Source of the DNA: Candidatus Aenigmatarchaeota archaeon
GTDB taxonomy: Archaea > Aenigmatarchaeota > Aenigmatarchaeia > CG10238-14
Assembly (NCBI GenBank): GCA_018304545.1
Contig: JAGVVZ010000002.1
Location: forward strand, 99,740 to 163,739
DNA: 64,000 nt
Direction of reading: 5' to 3'
Position numbers and translations under genes: made by a program. Of the stretch, positions 52,584 to 61,286 are shown in pieces (position 1 is the stretch's first letter; the number at the start of each line of letters is the position of its first letter). The notes below the pieces were generated by a model that searched no databases, was not told where the DNA came from, and saw nothing but the letters and a program-made list of their open reading frames with translations.

Positions 52584-53657
52584 TTAAGGCAAGAAATCTT
52601 TGTTTTTGATCTTGTCAGGCAAATAAGTTTCAGTAACGAATTTTAACCCCTTTCCAGATAATGCTTCTAACTCCGCTTTGTACTTTTTTTCAAGCATTAT
52701 TTCTAATTCATTCTTCCACTTAGGATGTTTGAACCAGTCATACTTTAGCATTTCTTGAGCCCTTTTTATGTCGACATCCTTTGCCTTTATTGTGAAATTT
52801 TTCAAATCAAATCTTTCAATATCAGTCATCGTCAACCCGAGATATTTTGCTTTTGGTGTTCCCAATCTGTCAGATACATGAGCTAATGATATGGAACCGT
52901 ATTTTATGACGGAATAAATATACCATCCGTATGGATCACTATCTGCAAAAACATATACAGGTAAATTAAACTCATCAGATAATCTCTGAATAGTTCTTCT
53001 TACTCCTCTAGCAGCTTGACCTTGGGTTGTTATGAGGACACACTTATTTTTTTGCCAAAATCTGTCTTCATGCAATCTCTCGAAGGCTGCGTTTTTTTCA
53101 ATAACAATTATGTAGTCTGCATCAACGTTTTTGATTTCCACATCCTCCACATTGCTTGGTATTGCCCAACCACCACTGCCTAATTTAGACCAATCGATCG
53201 TGTCTCCTCTGTCTTTTATTATAACATTACCGACAGCTCTTCCTCTAACATCCGCACCTAAATGTAATTGCTCTCTCAATATGTCAAGTGTAACCTCCAG
53301 ATCAACTATCAGAGGATCTGATTCACTCTGTTCGTCGAACGTGTTTTCATTTGAATTCGGTAAAGTTCTTTTTAGTGCGTAATACAAATCTCTTAGGCTT
53401 GTATGCACGCCCTCTCCGACCAATTCTTTACAAAACGCGGCCACAAGCAATGTTTGCATGAAAGGCTTGGCGTGAGCAACATTGAAGAAAATTCTTTTAG
53501 AAATTTTATCTCCTAAAGTAAGCATTTGTGTTTTTTCGTCATAAATGACATTAGATAAAGATCTGACAGGTATATCAATATCCGGATTTTTTCCAGAATT
53601 TATATCCTTGACAACTTCTTCTCCCAATTCTTCAAGTTTTTTCTTCGTTTCCTTCAA
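52584..53657 (-). CDS. top6A: DNA topoisomerase VI subunit A (Spo11-like)
   Basis: 357 aa. SLRDLYYAL (catalytic Tyr region). Toprim IIVIEKNAAFERL and VFADSDPYGWYI. Confidence 0.9.
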   Translation of the reverse strand: MKETKKKLEELGEEVVKDINSGKNPDIDIPVRSLSNVIYDEKTQMLTLGDKISKRIFFNVAHAKPFMQTLLVAAFCKELVGEGVHTSLRDLYYALKRTLPNSNENTFDEQSESDPLIVDLEVTLDILREQLHLGADVRGRAVGNVIIKDRGDTIDWSKLGSGGWAIPSNVEDVEIKNVDADYIIVIEKNAAFERLHEDRFWQKNKCVLITTQGQAARGVRRTIQRLSDEFNLPVYVFADSDPYGWYIYSVIKYGSISLAHVSDRLGTPKAKYLGLTMTDIERFDLKNFTIKAKDVDIKRAQEMLKYDWFKHPKWKNELEIMLEKKYKAELEALSGKGLKFVTETYLPDKIKNKDFLP

Positions 53658-55215
53658 TTTCCTTCATCCCTTTCTTCTTAATCATATCCTGTAATTTAAT
53701 TAAAATAGGTTCTGGTTTCGTATCGGTTAATTTTCCTAAGGCTCCGGCCACTTCAGGAATATATCTCTCAAATATCTCTCTTCTCTTTTTCTGCATCTCG
53801 GCCTTTCTTTTTCCAGATATATGGTATTGTAATTTTCTCCCCACCTCTTGTAATCCCAATTTAATCTCCTTTATTATATCAGGATAAGATGCTACAGCTT
53901 GCTTGCTCTCAGAAACAAACGGAACCCAAACAGAAGCCATATGAACCATCACAACTACAGGTCCTGTAGGTAGTGCTTTACCGGATTGTTGTAGTCCATA
54001 TCTTTTCCAGTCGGTTGCTGTAACCGATTTTGTTATTGCACAATCTCCAGCTTGATAAAGCAGAGGAACTCTGTTAGCGAATCTCAACAGGTCACCGTTT
54101 TGATCTTGTGGTAATTCACCGCCATATGCAATGCCACACTCAATAGTGAATGGGTTTCCTCTATAAACTGATGGAGGTCTTGTTACTGCTGCAAAGAACT
54201 CGGCCTTTATTTCCTTTTGTAATCCCTTTAACAGAAGATCCTCGCCTAAAGGAGACAAGCAATCGGTTGGTGGTCTCATTAATTGGACTTTGTGCATTGC
54301 TTTGAATAATTTATCAGAATCTTCCACAGTAAGTCTCTTCGGTGATATGTTAGGATCAATACCAGCAAGTTTGCATATCTCTTCACCCGAATTTCTTCCT
54401 ACTCTGGAAAAATCGTTAGTCATGAAAGACAAAACGGTTCTGGAGTTGGTTGATTCCAGCATTCTTCTTAAAATTCCTAATTCGATACCATGTGGATGTG
54501 GTTTTATTTCTTTAGGCATTGGCGGTAATACACTGGCTCCACGTGGAAACTCAATTTTGCCATTGGGGCCCTCAAATGTTATTTCAGCATAGGGATTAGC
54601 TATGGCTATCTGTTTAACATACTCCACGACAGATTGCTTATTTTCGATGAATCTTCCTTCTATTTCCATTTCAACTTTTAATCCATGCCATTCTTTTCCG
54701 TCTTCAATAAGTTTGTGATTAAGAATCTGCGGTTCGTTTTTTTTCACGTCAATCATGAGTTCATAATACGATGTTTTACCATTACCTGTGCTGGATATAA
54801 CTGTAGTTGGTTTGCCTGTAGTTAGTTGTGCGTAAAGAACAGCGCCGCTAGCGCCAATACCTTGCTGCCCTCGTGACTGAGCAAGTTTGAAAAATTTGCT
54901 TCCATATAGCAGTTTTCCCATTGTAAATGGTATTTGTTTGTCAATAATTCCAGGGCCATTATCCTTTGTCATAACATTGAATTTATCGGCAGTATTCTGT
55001 TTTACTTCTACCCATATCCTAGGGAGAATTCTAGCAGATTCACACGCGTCTAAGGAGTTATCTACCAATTCTTTCACTACTGTGGCCAATGCCTTTGTAG
55101 GATTATCATAACCCAAAAGATGTCTATTTCTTTCAAAAAATTCAGATACGGATACTTCTCTGTGTTCTTTTGCCATTTCTTCTGCTGTTCTAGTGATTTC
55201 TGTCAGTTTGATCAC
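53632..55215 (-). CDS. top6B: DNA topoisomerase VI subunit B (GHKL ATPase)
   Basis: 527 aa. Bergerat fold ELVDNSLDA, DNGPGI, SRGQQGIGASGAVLY. Confidence 0.9.
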   Translation of the reverse strand: MIKLTEITRTAEEMAKEHREVSVSEFFERNRHLLGYDNPTKALATVVKELVDNSLDACESARILPRIWVEVKQNTADKFNVMTKDNGPGIIDKQIPFTMGKLLYGSKFFKLAQSRGQQGIGASGAVLYAQLTTGKPTTVISSTGNGKTSYYELMIDVKKNEPQILNHKLIEDGKEWHGLKVEMEIEGRFIENKQSVVEYVKQIAIANPYAEITFEGPNGKIEFPRGASVLPPMPKEIKPHPHGIELGILRRMLESTNSRTVLSFMTNDFSRVGRNSGEEICKLAGIDPNISPKRLTVEDSDKLFKAMHKVQLMRPPTDCLSPLGEDLLLKGLQKEIKAEFFAAVTRPPSVYRGNPFTIECGIAYGGELPQDQNGDLLRFANRVPLLYQAGDCAITKSVTATDWKRYGLQQSGKALPTGPVVVMVHMASVWVPFVSESKQAVASYPDIIKEIKLGLQEVGRKLQYHISGKRKAEMQKKRREIFERYIPEVAGALGKLTDTKPEPILIKLQDMIKKKGMKEIEGNEEKT

Positions 55216-55702
55216 CCCTCGCTCTTCGTTCTAACCATCTATATAATGTTTTGTGGGTACTGCCCTCTATTACCATCATTACTGCCTCTTTAGCAGATAA
55301 TATATCAGTCCACTTTCCTATTATACCCACTGTTTTTCCGAAGATAGAGATTTTAGTATTAGTATAATTTTCTATATATTTCTTTGTTTTGCCTCCGGTT
55401 CCAATTAGCCTTCCTTTAAAAATTTTCATTCTATTTTCTGATCCAGTGAAATCTGTTAAGTTGACTACTTCCAGTGAATATTCATCTTTCAATAAATTCA
55501 AGCTGCTTTCTATTTCAAACCCTCTCCCAAACGCCTTTAGTACATTTTTAGCCAAATACACGTCTACGCTTTCCCCCTCTATAGTTATATCTTCATCTAT
55601 TTTAATTTTTGTTTTAGTGCTTCTTTCAATCATTACTCGTATTTCTGGCTTTTTTTTAAGTATTGTTATCCTTTTATCGGGTATTTTTACAAAATCGATC
55701 AT
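55190..55702 (-). CDS. KH-domain RNA-binding protein (Dim2/Pno1-like)
   Basis: 170 aa. Two KH-like modules (LIGTGGKTKKYIE). Conserved neighbour of RIO kinase and aIF1A in archaea. Confidence 0.8.
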   Translation of the reverse strand: MIDFVKIPDKRITILKKKPEIRVMIERSTKTKIKIDEDITIEGESVDVYLAKNVLKAFGRGFEIESSLNLLKDEYSLEVVNLTDFTGSENRMKIFKGRLIGTGGKTKKYIENYTNTKISIFGKTVGIIGKWTDILSAKEAVMMVIEGSTHKTLYRWLERRARGDQTDRNH

Positions 55703-56427
55703 TTCTGATCCCTCTCTTTGACTATTTCATGAATAATCTTTTCTTCGTTAATAGTCTTGACACCCATTTTTGAAAAATATTTGTTTATATTTTGAATATC
55801 TCTTTTTAATAAATCAAATGATTCGTTGTTTGATAACATCATGCCATGGCTCAAGTCGATTATATATGGTTTTTCATGAATTAGAATATTGTAAGCACTT
55901 AAATCACCATGGACCAAACCAATTTTTGCCAATTTTCTGACATCTTTCACTATTTTCTTGTATAAGCTATTGCCATCCGTTCTTAGTTCGATTAGCCTCG
56001 GTGCAGGAAAATTTCCATCACCTATAAACTCCATGACCAATACATTATCTTTGCAGAAAATAGGTCTGGGCACGTCCACATTTGCATTATATGCCAAGGT
56101 CATGTTTTTGAATTCTCTTTGACACCATAAATTTACAACAAAATATTTGTCCTTTTTTACAGTTCTGAACCTGTTATCTCCTATGAGATACTTCCACATG
56201 TTTTTGAAATTGCAAGATTCTATTCTGTATATTTTGATGGCAATTGGGTTGTTTGAGTGATCTTTACCTAAAAAAACATTGCTTTCCTTTCCTTCTTTTA
56301 GTATTGTGTCAACGCTTTTGATCTTTTTCTTATTGATTAGATTATGCAGTGTCAATAAAGTTCTTCTATCAAAAACGCCTTTGGATATTTTTATATCCTC
56401 TGTATCTTCGAATTGCAGTTTTGTCAT
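55699..56427 (-). CDS. rio1: RIO-type serine protein kinase (Rio1-like)
   Basis: 242 aa. GKESNVF, AIKIYR, LVHGDLSAYNILI, IIDLSH. Confidence 0.9.
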   Translation of the reverse strand: MTKLQFEDTEDIKISKGVFDRRTLLTLHNLINKKKIKSVDTILKEGKESNVFLGKDHSNNPIAIKIYRIESCNFKNMWKYLIGDNRFRTVKKDKYFVVNLWCQREFKNMTLAYNANVDVPRPIFCKDNVLVMEFIGDGNFPAPRLIELRTDGNSLYKKIVKDVRKLAKIGLVHGDLSAYNILIHEKPYIIDLSHGMMLSNNESFDLLKRDIQNINKYFSKMGVKTINEEKIIHEIVKERDQK

Positions 56428-56465
56428 ACTATAAGAACGTGTGTATTATTTAAAAAATGATATAA

Positions 56466-56789
56466 TCAATCTATTCTAAGATTTTTTATCAGATTATTTT
56501 TTTGCATCCAGTTTGCTTGTGTTTTTGTGTATCTCCAAACAATATCCGCTCTTTCATCCGACATAACTTTCCACGGCTCTACAAGAACAAGATCGCTGAT
56601 TCTTATCCAAACTCTTTTTCTTAGTTTCCCTGGTATTCTCCCAATTCTTGATTTTCCATCATCACAGCGAATTCTCAGTTTATCTGATCCTAACATTTGC
56701 TCGACTATTGCCAGCAATTCGCCTTGTTTTGGTTTTCTTATTCTTGAAATCTCTTCTTCTTCTGTGAATACTTCTCTTCTTCTTTCCAA
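56466..56789 (-). CDS. eif1a: Translation initiation factor aIF-1A
   Basis: 107 aa. GELLAIVEQMLGSDKLRIRCDDGKSRIGRIPGKLRKRVWI..DLVLVEPW. Confidence 0.9.
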   Translation of the reverse strand: MERRREVFTEEEEISRIRKPKQGELLAIVEQMLGSDKLRIRCDDGKSRIGRIPGKLRKRVWIRISDLVLVEPWKVMSDERADIVWRYTKTQANWMQKNNLIKNLRID

Positions 56790-56838
56790 TTGATCACCGA
56801 ATAACTTATAATAGTTTCATTGTAAACTTTTAAAGTAT

Positions 56839-57363
56839 ATGCAAATAACAATCTTGCGTTTAGGTCATAGAATTTTTAGAGATCAACGTATCACTACGCA
56901 CTGCGGTTTGACAGCGAGAGCATTCGATGCCAGTGACATGACGTATTGCGGGGAAAAAGACGAGAAAATGGAAGACAGCATAAAAAAAGTTGCTAATGCC
57001 TGGGGTGATGTATTTGAGGTTAAATATGAAAAAAATTGGAAACAATTTATTAAAGAATCAAAAAATCATGGAAAGACTATCGTTTTATTGACTATGTATG
57101 GAATTGATTCTCATTCTATAATAAATGAATTAAGAAGTAAGGAACAGTTAATTGTGGTGATAGGAAGTGAGAAAGTTCCGAGCGATATATATAGTTTCGT
57201 TGATTATCAAGTTGCTATAACTAATCAGCCTATATCAGAAGTTTCGGCTCTAGGGATTTTTTTGGACAGGTTTTTCGAAAACAAACCTGATAAGAAGTTT
57301 GAGAATTCCAAAATAAAAGTTGTTCCACAGTTAAGAGGAAAAAAGACATCAAACCAGTCTTAA
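56839..57363 (+). CDS. trm56: tRNA (cytidine56-2'-O)-methyltransferase aTrm56 (SPOUT)
   Basis: 174 aa. ILRLGHRIFRDQRITTHCGLTARAFDA. Confidence 0.8.
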   Translation: MQITILRLGHRIFRDQRITTHCGLTARAFDASDMTYCGEKDEKMEDSIKKVANAWGDVFEVKYEKNWKQFIKESKNHGKTIVLLTMYGIDSHSIINELRSKEQLIVVIGSEKVPSDIYSFVDYQVAITNQPISEVSALGIFLDRFFENKPDKKFENSKIKVVPQLRGKKTSNQS

Positions 57364-57771
57364 AACATTAGCTATAATCTCGTTCTCTAAATAAACACAA
57401 GAAGATTTTGTCATTATTTTTATTTTATATTTGCCTTCACTCCCTAGATCAGGACTCATGTAAACAAAAATTTCTTCAGTTTGATTTATATTCAATCTAG
57501 TTTTTTCAGGTTTTATAACAACCCAATCCGGTCCATCTTTTATTATTTGAAAATCATCTACTTCTCCATTATTTTTTAAAATAGCTTTCAACAATCTACC
57601 TTTACCGACTTCTAGATCAACATTTGAAGATTCTATATTAATTTCAGCTGAATGGTTTTTGCACTTATCTAATGCAAATACAATATGACTGAATTCAATA
57701 AAAGTAAAATAAGAACTCATTATCAAAACAATAAGTGTAAGCGAAAACGCCATTAGATCTTTCGGGTTCAT
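57349..57771 (-). CDS. Membrane-anchored protein with one copy of the beta-sandwich repeat found in the adjacent surface protein
   Basis: 140 aa. N-terminal TM. GKGRLLKAILKNNGEVDDFQIIKDGPDWVVIKP..EEIFVYMSPDLGSEGKYKI parallels GKGILLKAKIKNLGIKQDSFKIYSDVSWASIRP..EAFAYYSPEFGALGVYET in 57936..59399. Confidence 0.5.
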   Translation of the reverse strand: MNPKDLMAFSLTLIVLIMSSYFTFIEFSHIVFALDKCKNHSAEINIESSNVDLEVGKGRLLKAILKNNGEVDDFQIIKDGPDWVVIKPEKTRLNINQTEEIFVYMSPDLGSEGKYKIKIMTKSSCVYLENEIIANVLRLV

Positions 57772-57775
57772 CAGA

Positions 57776-57934
57776 TCACTTCAATAGTAGGACTAGAGCA
57801 TAGATTAAATCTATAATTCCTAGAACAACTCCAGTCATAACAATAAAATACCCTAATCTAGATCTGATTTTTGCTTCTAAAACTATAGATACAAATAGAA
57901 GAAAATTTGCTAACAGTAGAACTTCAGTTAGCAT
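57776..57934 (-). CDS. Possible 52-aa two-TM peptide (not in the ORF track)
   Basis: Hand translation gives MLTEVLLLANFLLFVSIVLEAKIRSRLGYFIVMTGVVLGIIDLIYALVLLLK. It fills the gap between two co-oriented genes. Weak support. Confidence 0.25.
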   Translation of the reverse strand: MLTEVLLLANFLLFVSIVLEAKIRSRLGYFIVMTGVVLGIIDLIYALVLLLK

Positions 57935-57935
57935 T

Positions 57936-59399
57936 TTAATCCCCCTTCATTACAAAAAAATAAAGTACGCTGAAAATAATCAATGATATGATAACAGCTA
58001 TAACCAATGCTTTAATAGACTTATTTTGTAATAGATTTGGCCCACTAGTATCAGCCATTTTTTCTGTTGTAGTAGTACTGATTTCACTTATAGTGGTTGT
58101 CGCCTCCTCAACTTCCTTTAAAACATTAATTTTTATTGTTTCGGTGTCTTTTGATTTCTCAGATTCAGCCACTAGCATTGTCTCATAAACACCCAAAGCA
58201 CCGAATTCGGGGCTGTAATATGCAAATGCTTCCTTCGTTTCATTACCCTCTAATGCTATTGTTTTTGGTCTTATGGATGCCCATGAAACATCTGAATATA
58301 TTTTGAATGAATCTTGTTTTATTCCGAGGTTTTTAATTTTCGCTTTTAATAATATTCCTTTTCCAGATTCTATTTTAATTTCATTCGCTTCTGGTTGTAT
58401 ATCAACTCCGTAGCATTTTTCTGAAATTATTTTTAATGATCCAATTTCTGATTTATATGATGATTTCAATAGAAACTCTATACCAGTTTCTTTCTCCTCT
58501 TGTATTGTTAACACAGTAGAAATTTTTTCGCTAGCACCAGGTTTAATAGAAACAGCTTCAGAATAATCCATTTCATCTATAGACACTGTGAAAACATCCT
58601 CCTTAGTTCCAGTATTCTCTATCTCTATTTCTAATACAGTTGGTTCACCTGAGCAAACATTGATTTCGTTATCATAACTTAAAGAGAAATCATGACAATT
58701 CAATCTTTCTATTTGAATGGTTTTGGTTGAACGTGCATAGCTGTTTTGTGATTTCGCCTCTAATTCTAGCGGTTCAGTTCCAGGTGTATTATCGCACGCT
58801 GCTTTAATTGATAATTCGACTTCTTTCGATTCCCCAGAATTTAATGTGAACTCGTTTTCGCTCAATGCATAGTTTTCTGAGTCAAGATTCATCGATAAAA
58901 TGACGTTTTCTTCATATTTTCCTTTATTTTCCACTATTGCCTTTGATGAACTATCCTCACATAAACAACCAGATAATTTTTCAGGCGTTTTAATTTCTAA
59001 AATCCTGTCAGGTTTAACTTTTAGAATCGCGTCAACAGACGTATCTGATTTACCCAATATTGAAACAGTTATATTGTATTCTGCTTCTTTTGAATAACAA
59101 TCAGCTGTAATAAACAAATAAATGGTTTTAGATTCTTCCGGATTCAACGTAACAGAATCGTGTGTTAATGTATACCATTCTTTGGGAACTCCTGACACAT
59201 CCAAATAAAATGTGTCACTTTCTTGCCCCAAATTTGTAATAATAACATCAAAAGTTGCAATACCGCATGGCGAAACTTCTGATTTCTGTGAATACACTGA
59301 AGCGTTCATGGAATATTCATTATTTTCTTCTGCTATAACAAAACTGCTAAGTATTAGCAGTGACAAAAGGATAGATATTAAAAATTTATTTTTCATCAT
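57936..59399 (-). CDS. Secreted, C-terminally anchored surface protein with four CARDB-like beta-sandwich repeats (S-layer/cell-surface candidate)
   Basis: 487 aa. Signal peptide MMKNKFLISILLSLLILSSFVIA. Four repeats of the pattern x-V/I-x-N-x-G-x-x-x-D-x-F. Thr-rich linker TTTISEISTTTTE and a C-terminal TM. Confidence 0.7.
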   Translation of the reverse strand: MMKNKFLISILLSLLILSSFVIAEENNEYSMNASVYSQKSEVSPCGIATFDVIITNLGQESDTFYLDVSGVPKEWYTLTHDSVTLNPEESKTIYLFITADCYSKEAEYNITVSILGKSDTSVDAILKVKPDRILEIKTPEKLSGCLCEDSSSKAIVENKGKYEENVILSMNLDSENYALSENEFTLNSGESKEVELSIKAACDNTPGTEPLELEAKSQNSYARSTKTIQIERLNCHDFSLSYDNEINVCSGEPTVLEIEIENTGTKEDVFTVSIDEMDYSEAVSIKPGASEKISTVLTIQEEKETGIEFLLKSSYKSEIGSLKIISEKCYGVDIQPEANEIKIESGKGILLKAKIKNLGIKQDSFKIYSDVSWASIRPKTIALEGNETKEAFAYYSPEFGALGVYETMLVAESEKSKDTETIKINVLKEVEEATTTISEISTTTTEKMADTSGPNLLQNKSIKALVIAVIISLIIFSVLYFFVMKGD

Positions 59400-59508
59400 A
59401 TCTACTTAAATAAAGGTGTAAATAAAGGATTTATCCCCTTTGGAGAAAAGTTTAATAATGTTTGCTAAACTTAAAGAGAAAAAAATACAATACAAATTAG
59501 AAAAATAT

Positions 59509-59615
59509 GCCTCGATAGCTCAGTTCGGTAGAGCATCTGACTTGTATCTGATCTGACGATAAAAAGATGACTGAAAGAGATCAGAGGGTCGCGAGTTCAA
59601 GTCTCGCTCGAGGCT
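59509..59615 (+). tRNA. tRNA-Thr (anticodon UGU) with a 33-nt intron (59547..59579) at position 37/38
   Basis: GCCTCGA-TA-GCTCAGTTCGGTAGAGC-A-TCTGA-CTTGTA[intron]A-TCAGA-GGGTC-GCGAG-TTCAAGT-CTCGC-TCGAGGC-T. 74 nt after intron removal. Confidence 0.85.
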
Positions 59616-59618
59616 TTG

Positions 59619-59849
59619 ATGCAAGAACAGATGTTTTTAATAGGCATAGCACTGATTTTTATTGGCGTATTTATTACAATCGTTGCTTCTTTTATTTCAG
59701 GTTCTGGTAAAGTCGAATCAGGCGGAATCGTTTTTGTAGGACCCATACCAATAATTTTTGGGAGTAATACTAGGATTATATATATAGTAATAATTTTTAG
59801 CATACTTAGTTTGATAATATTTCTTTTTTTAAACAGGAGAATTATCTAA
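59619..59849 (+). CDS. DUF131-like small membrane protein
   Basis: ATG lies 3 nt after the tRNA-Thr discriminator. MQEQMFLIGIALIFIGVFI...GGIVFVGPIPIIFGS... (G-P-I-P motif of the family, from memory). Confidence 0.55.
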   Translation: MQEQMFLIGIALIFIGVFITIVASFISGSGKVESGGIVFVGPIPIIFGSNTRIIYIVIIFSILSLIIFLFLNRRII

Positions 59850-60491
59850 AAATTTGATTAAATTAGATATCTTGTAAGTCCACGGGCTTTCTATGCCTGC
59901 AACTTTAGTTCTTCTTTTTTTAATATCTTTTATCGGATCTTCGCATATAGTATATGCTAATCCTATATTTCTCAGTGAGTGGGCATCAGATCCAGATGTC
60001 TTACCTAAATTGAATACATTAGCAACTTTCTCGGCAAATTCTGTGTAAATTCCCCAGTCAAAAGAATTTATTACTTCTATGCCATCAAAAATTTCTAATT
60101 CTTTCAGAGTTTTTTTGTACCTCAATGTCGGAACAAAGGTGAATGGGTGAGGTAGTATACAAACGCCGTTATTATCTCTTATTTCGTCTACGAAATCCAT
60201 CAGATTTTTCTTTTTTGGTATATAGTCTATACCCAATACTAATATTTCCGCTATCTCGAACCCTTGAGTTTCAAATCCAGGTATCAATAAAAAATCTTTG
60301 TCCCCTTTAAGATTTTTTTTCATTTCAAAATATCCTTCCAATGTATCGTCATCTGTTATAGCAATACCATCTAAATTTCTTTTCTTTGCAACTTTTATCA
60401 TATTTTTCGGTGTCATGTTTGAGCCAAAGCGGTTTTTTGTTTTATAGGTATGGCAGTGTAAATCTATTTTCATGAAATTAATTATATTCAT
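59829..60491 (-). CDS. PHP-domain metal-dependent phosphoesterase
   Basis: 220 aa. IDLHCHT, GIAITDDDT, LPHPF, GSDAHS. Confidence 0.85.
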   Translation of the reverse strand: MNIINFMKIDLHCHTYKTKNRFGSNMTPKNMIKVAKKRNLDGIAITDDDTLEGYFEMKKNLKGDKDFLLIPGFETQGFEIAEILVLGIDYIPKKKNLMDFVDEIRDNNGVCILPHPFTFVPTLRYKKTLKELEIFDGIEVINSFDWGIYTEFAEKVANVFNLGKTSGSDAHSLRNIGLAYTICEDPIKDIKKRRTKVAGIESPWTYKISNLIKFLDNSPV

Positions 60492-60512
60492 ATAACTAAA
60501 AGGTAATTTTAT

Positions 60513-61286
60513 ATGAAAAACGTAAGAAAATTATTAAAGAAATTCGTAAATTTTTGCAGAAAATCGCTAAAGAAAGATTTAAAGGGAATTTTGCTTTTTG
60601 GCAGTTCTGTTTCTTCTATATCGAAAGCTAAGGATATGGATTTAATCGTAGTTTTGGACGATATTTCAGATAAGGAAAAAACATCTTTACAAATAAAAAG
60701 GTTTATAGATGAAAAATTAAAAACTGAAAACAGCGGTGAGTCTGCCGACATACCTTTCACTGAAATCAGGGAGGATAATTTATTTAATATTGTAGTTGCC
60801 AAAGAATCGGATATTAAATCAGAAAATTTAAAGAGAATATTCAATTCTGATAGATATTTGATTTCGTTTTTTGTTCCTTCATCTCTGGTTCTTTTATCAT
60901 TAAAAGAGAATCACAAAATCCTCTTTGGGGACGTGGATCTAAAATCATGGAAAGTGAACATCAACTTCCTTGATTATATGAAAACTCTCACCAGATCACT
61001 TTTTCTTTCTTTATTTTCCTTGATTTTGTTACTTATATCAATCAAAAAATCTTTTTCTGTATCATGCGATTCTTTGAAGCATCTACTTCAAAATGTTTTC
61101 ATTTTAGAAACTCGCATGCCGTCAAAAAATGTAGATTTACTATTAAAATTTTACAAGCCATCATGGTGGGTAGATATATTATCAAAATATAGAAATAATG
61201 AAACTATAAGCACGCAGAATAAAATCAAGTTTATACTTACCACGCCAATTATTACTATAGCGATTTTCACAGAGGTTTTCATATGA
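60513..61286 (+). CDS. Pol-beta-superfamily nucleotidyltransferase domain protein with hydrophobic C-terminal segments
   Basis: 257 aa. GILLFGSSVSSISKAKDMDLIVVLDD (G-S...D-x-D). Later hydrophobic stretches are SLFLSLFSLILLLISI and FILTTPIITIAIFTEVFI. Confidence 0.6.
   Translation: MKNVRKLLKKFVNFCRKSLKKDLKGILLFGSSVSSISKAKDMDLIVVLDDISDKEKTSLQIKRFIDEKLKTENSGESADIPFTEIREDNLFNIVVAKESDIKSENLKRIFNSDRYLISFFVPSSLVLLSLKENHKILFGDVDLKSWKVNINFLDYMKTLTRSLFLSLFSLILLLISIKKSFSVSCDSLKHLLQNVFILETRMPSKNVDLLLKFYKPSWWVDILSKYRNNETISTQNKIKFILTTPIITIAIFTEVFI

Noticed and set aside
59547-59579. C/D-box sRNA inside the tRNA-Thr intron (contains CUGA twice, and AAGAUGA followed directly by CUGA)
   Set aside because: The intron is only 33 nt. 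The C-like box deviates from RUGAUGA and directly abuts the CUGA, so no guide region or k-turn geometry is possible.
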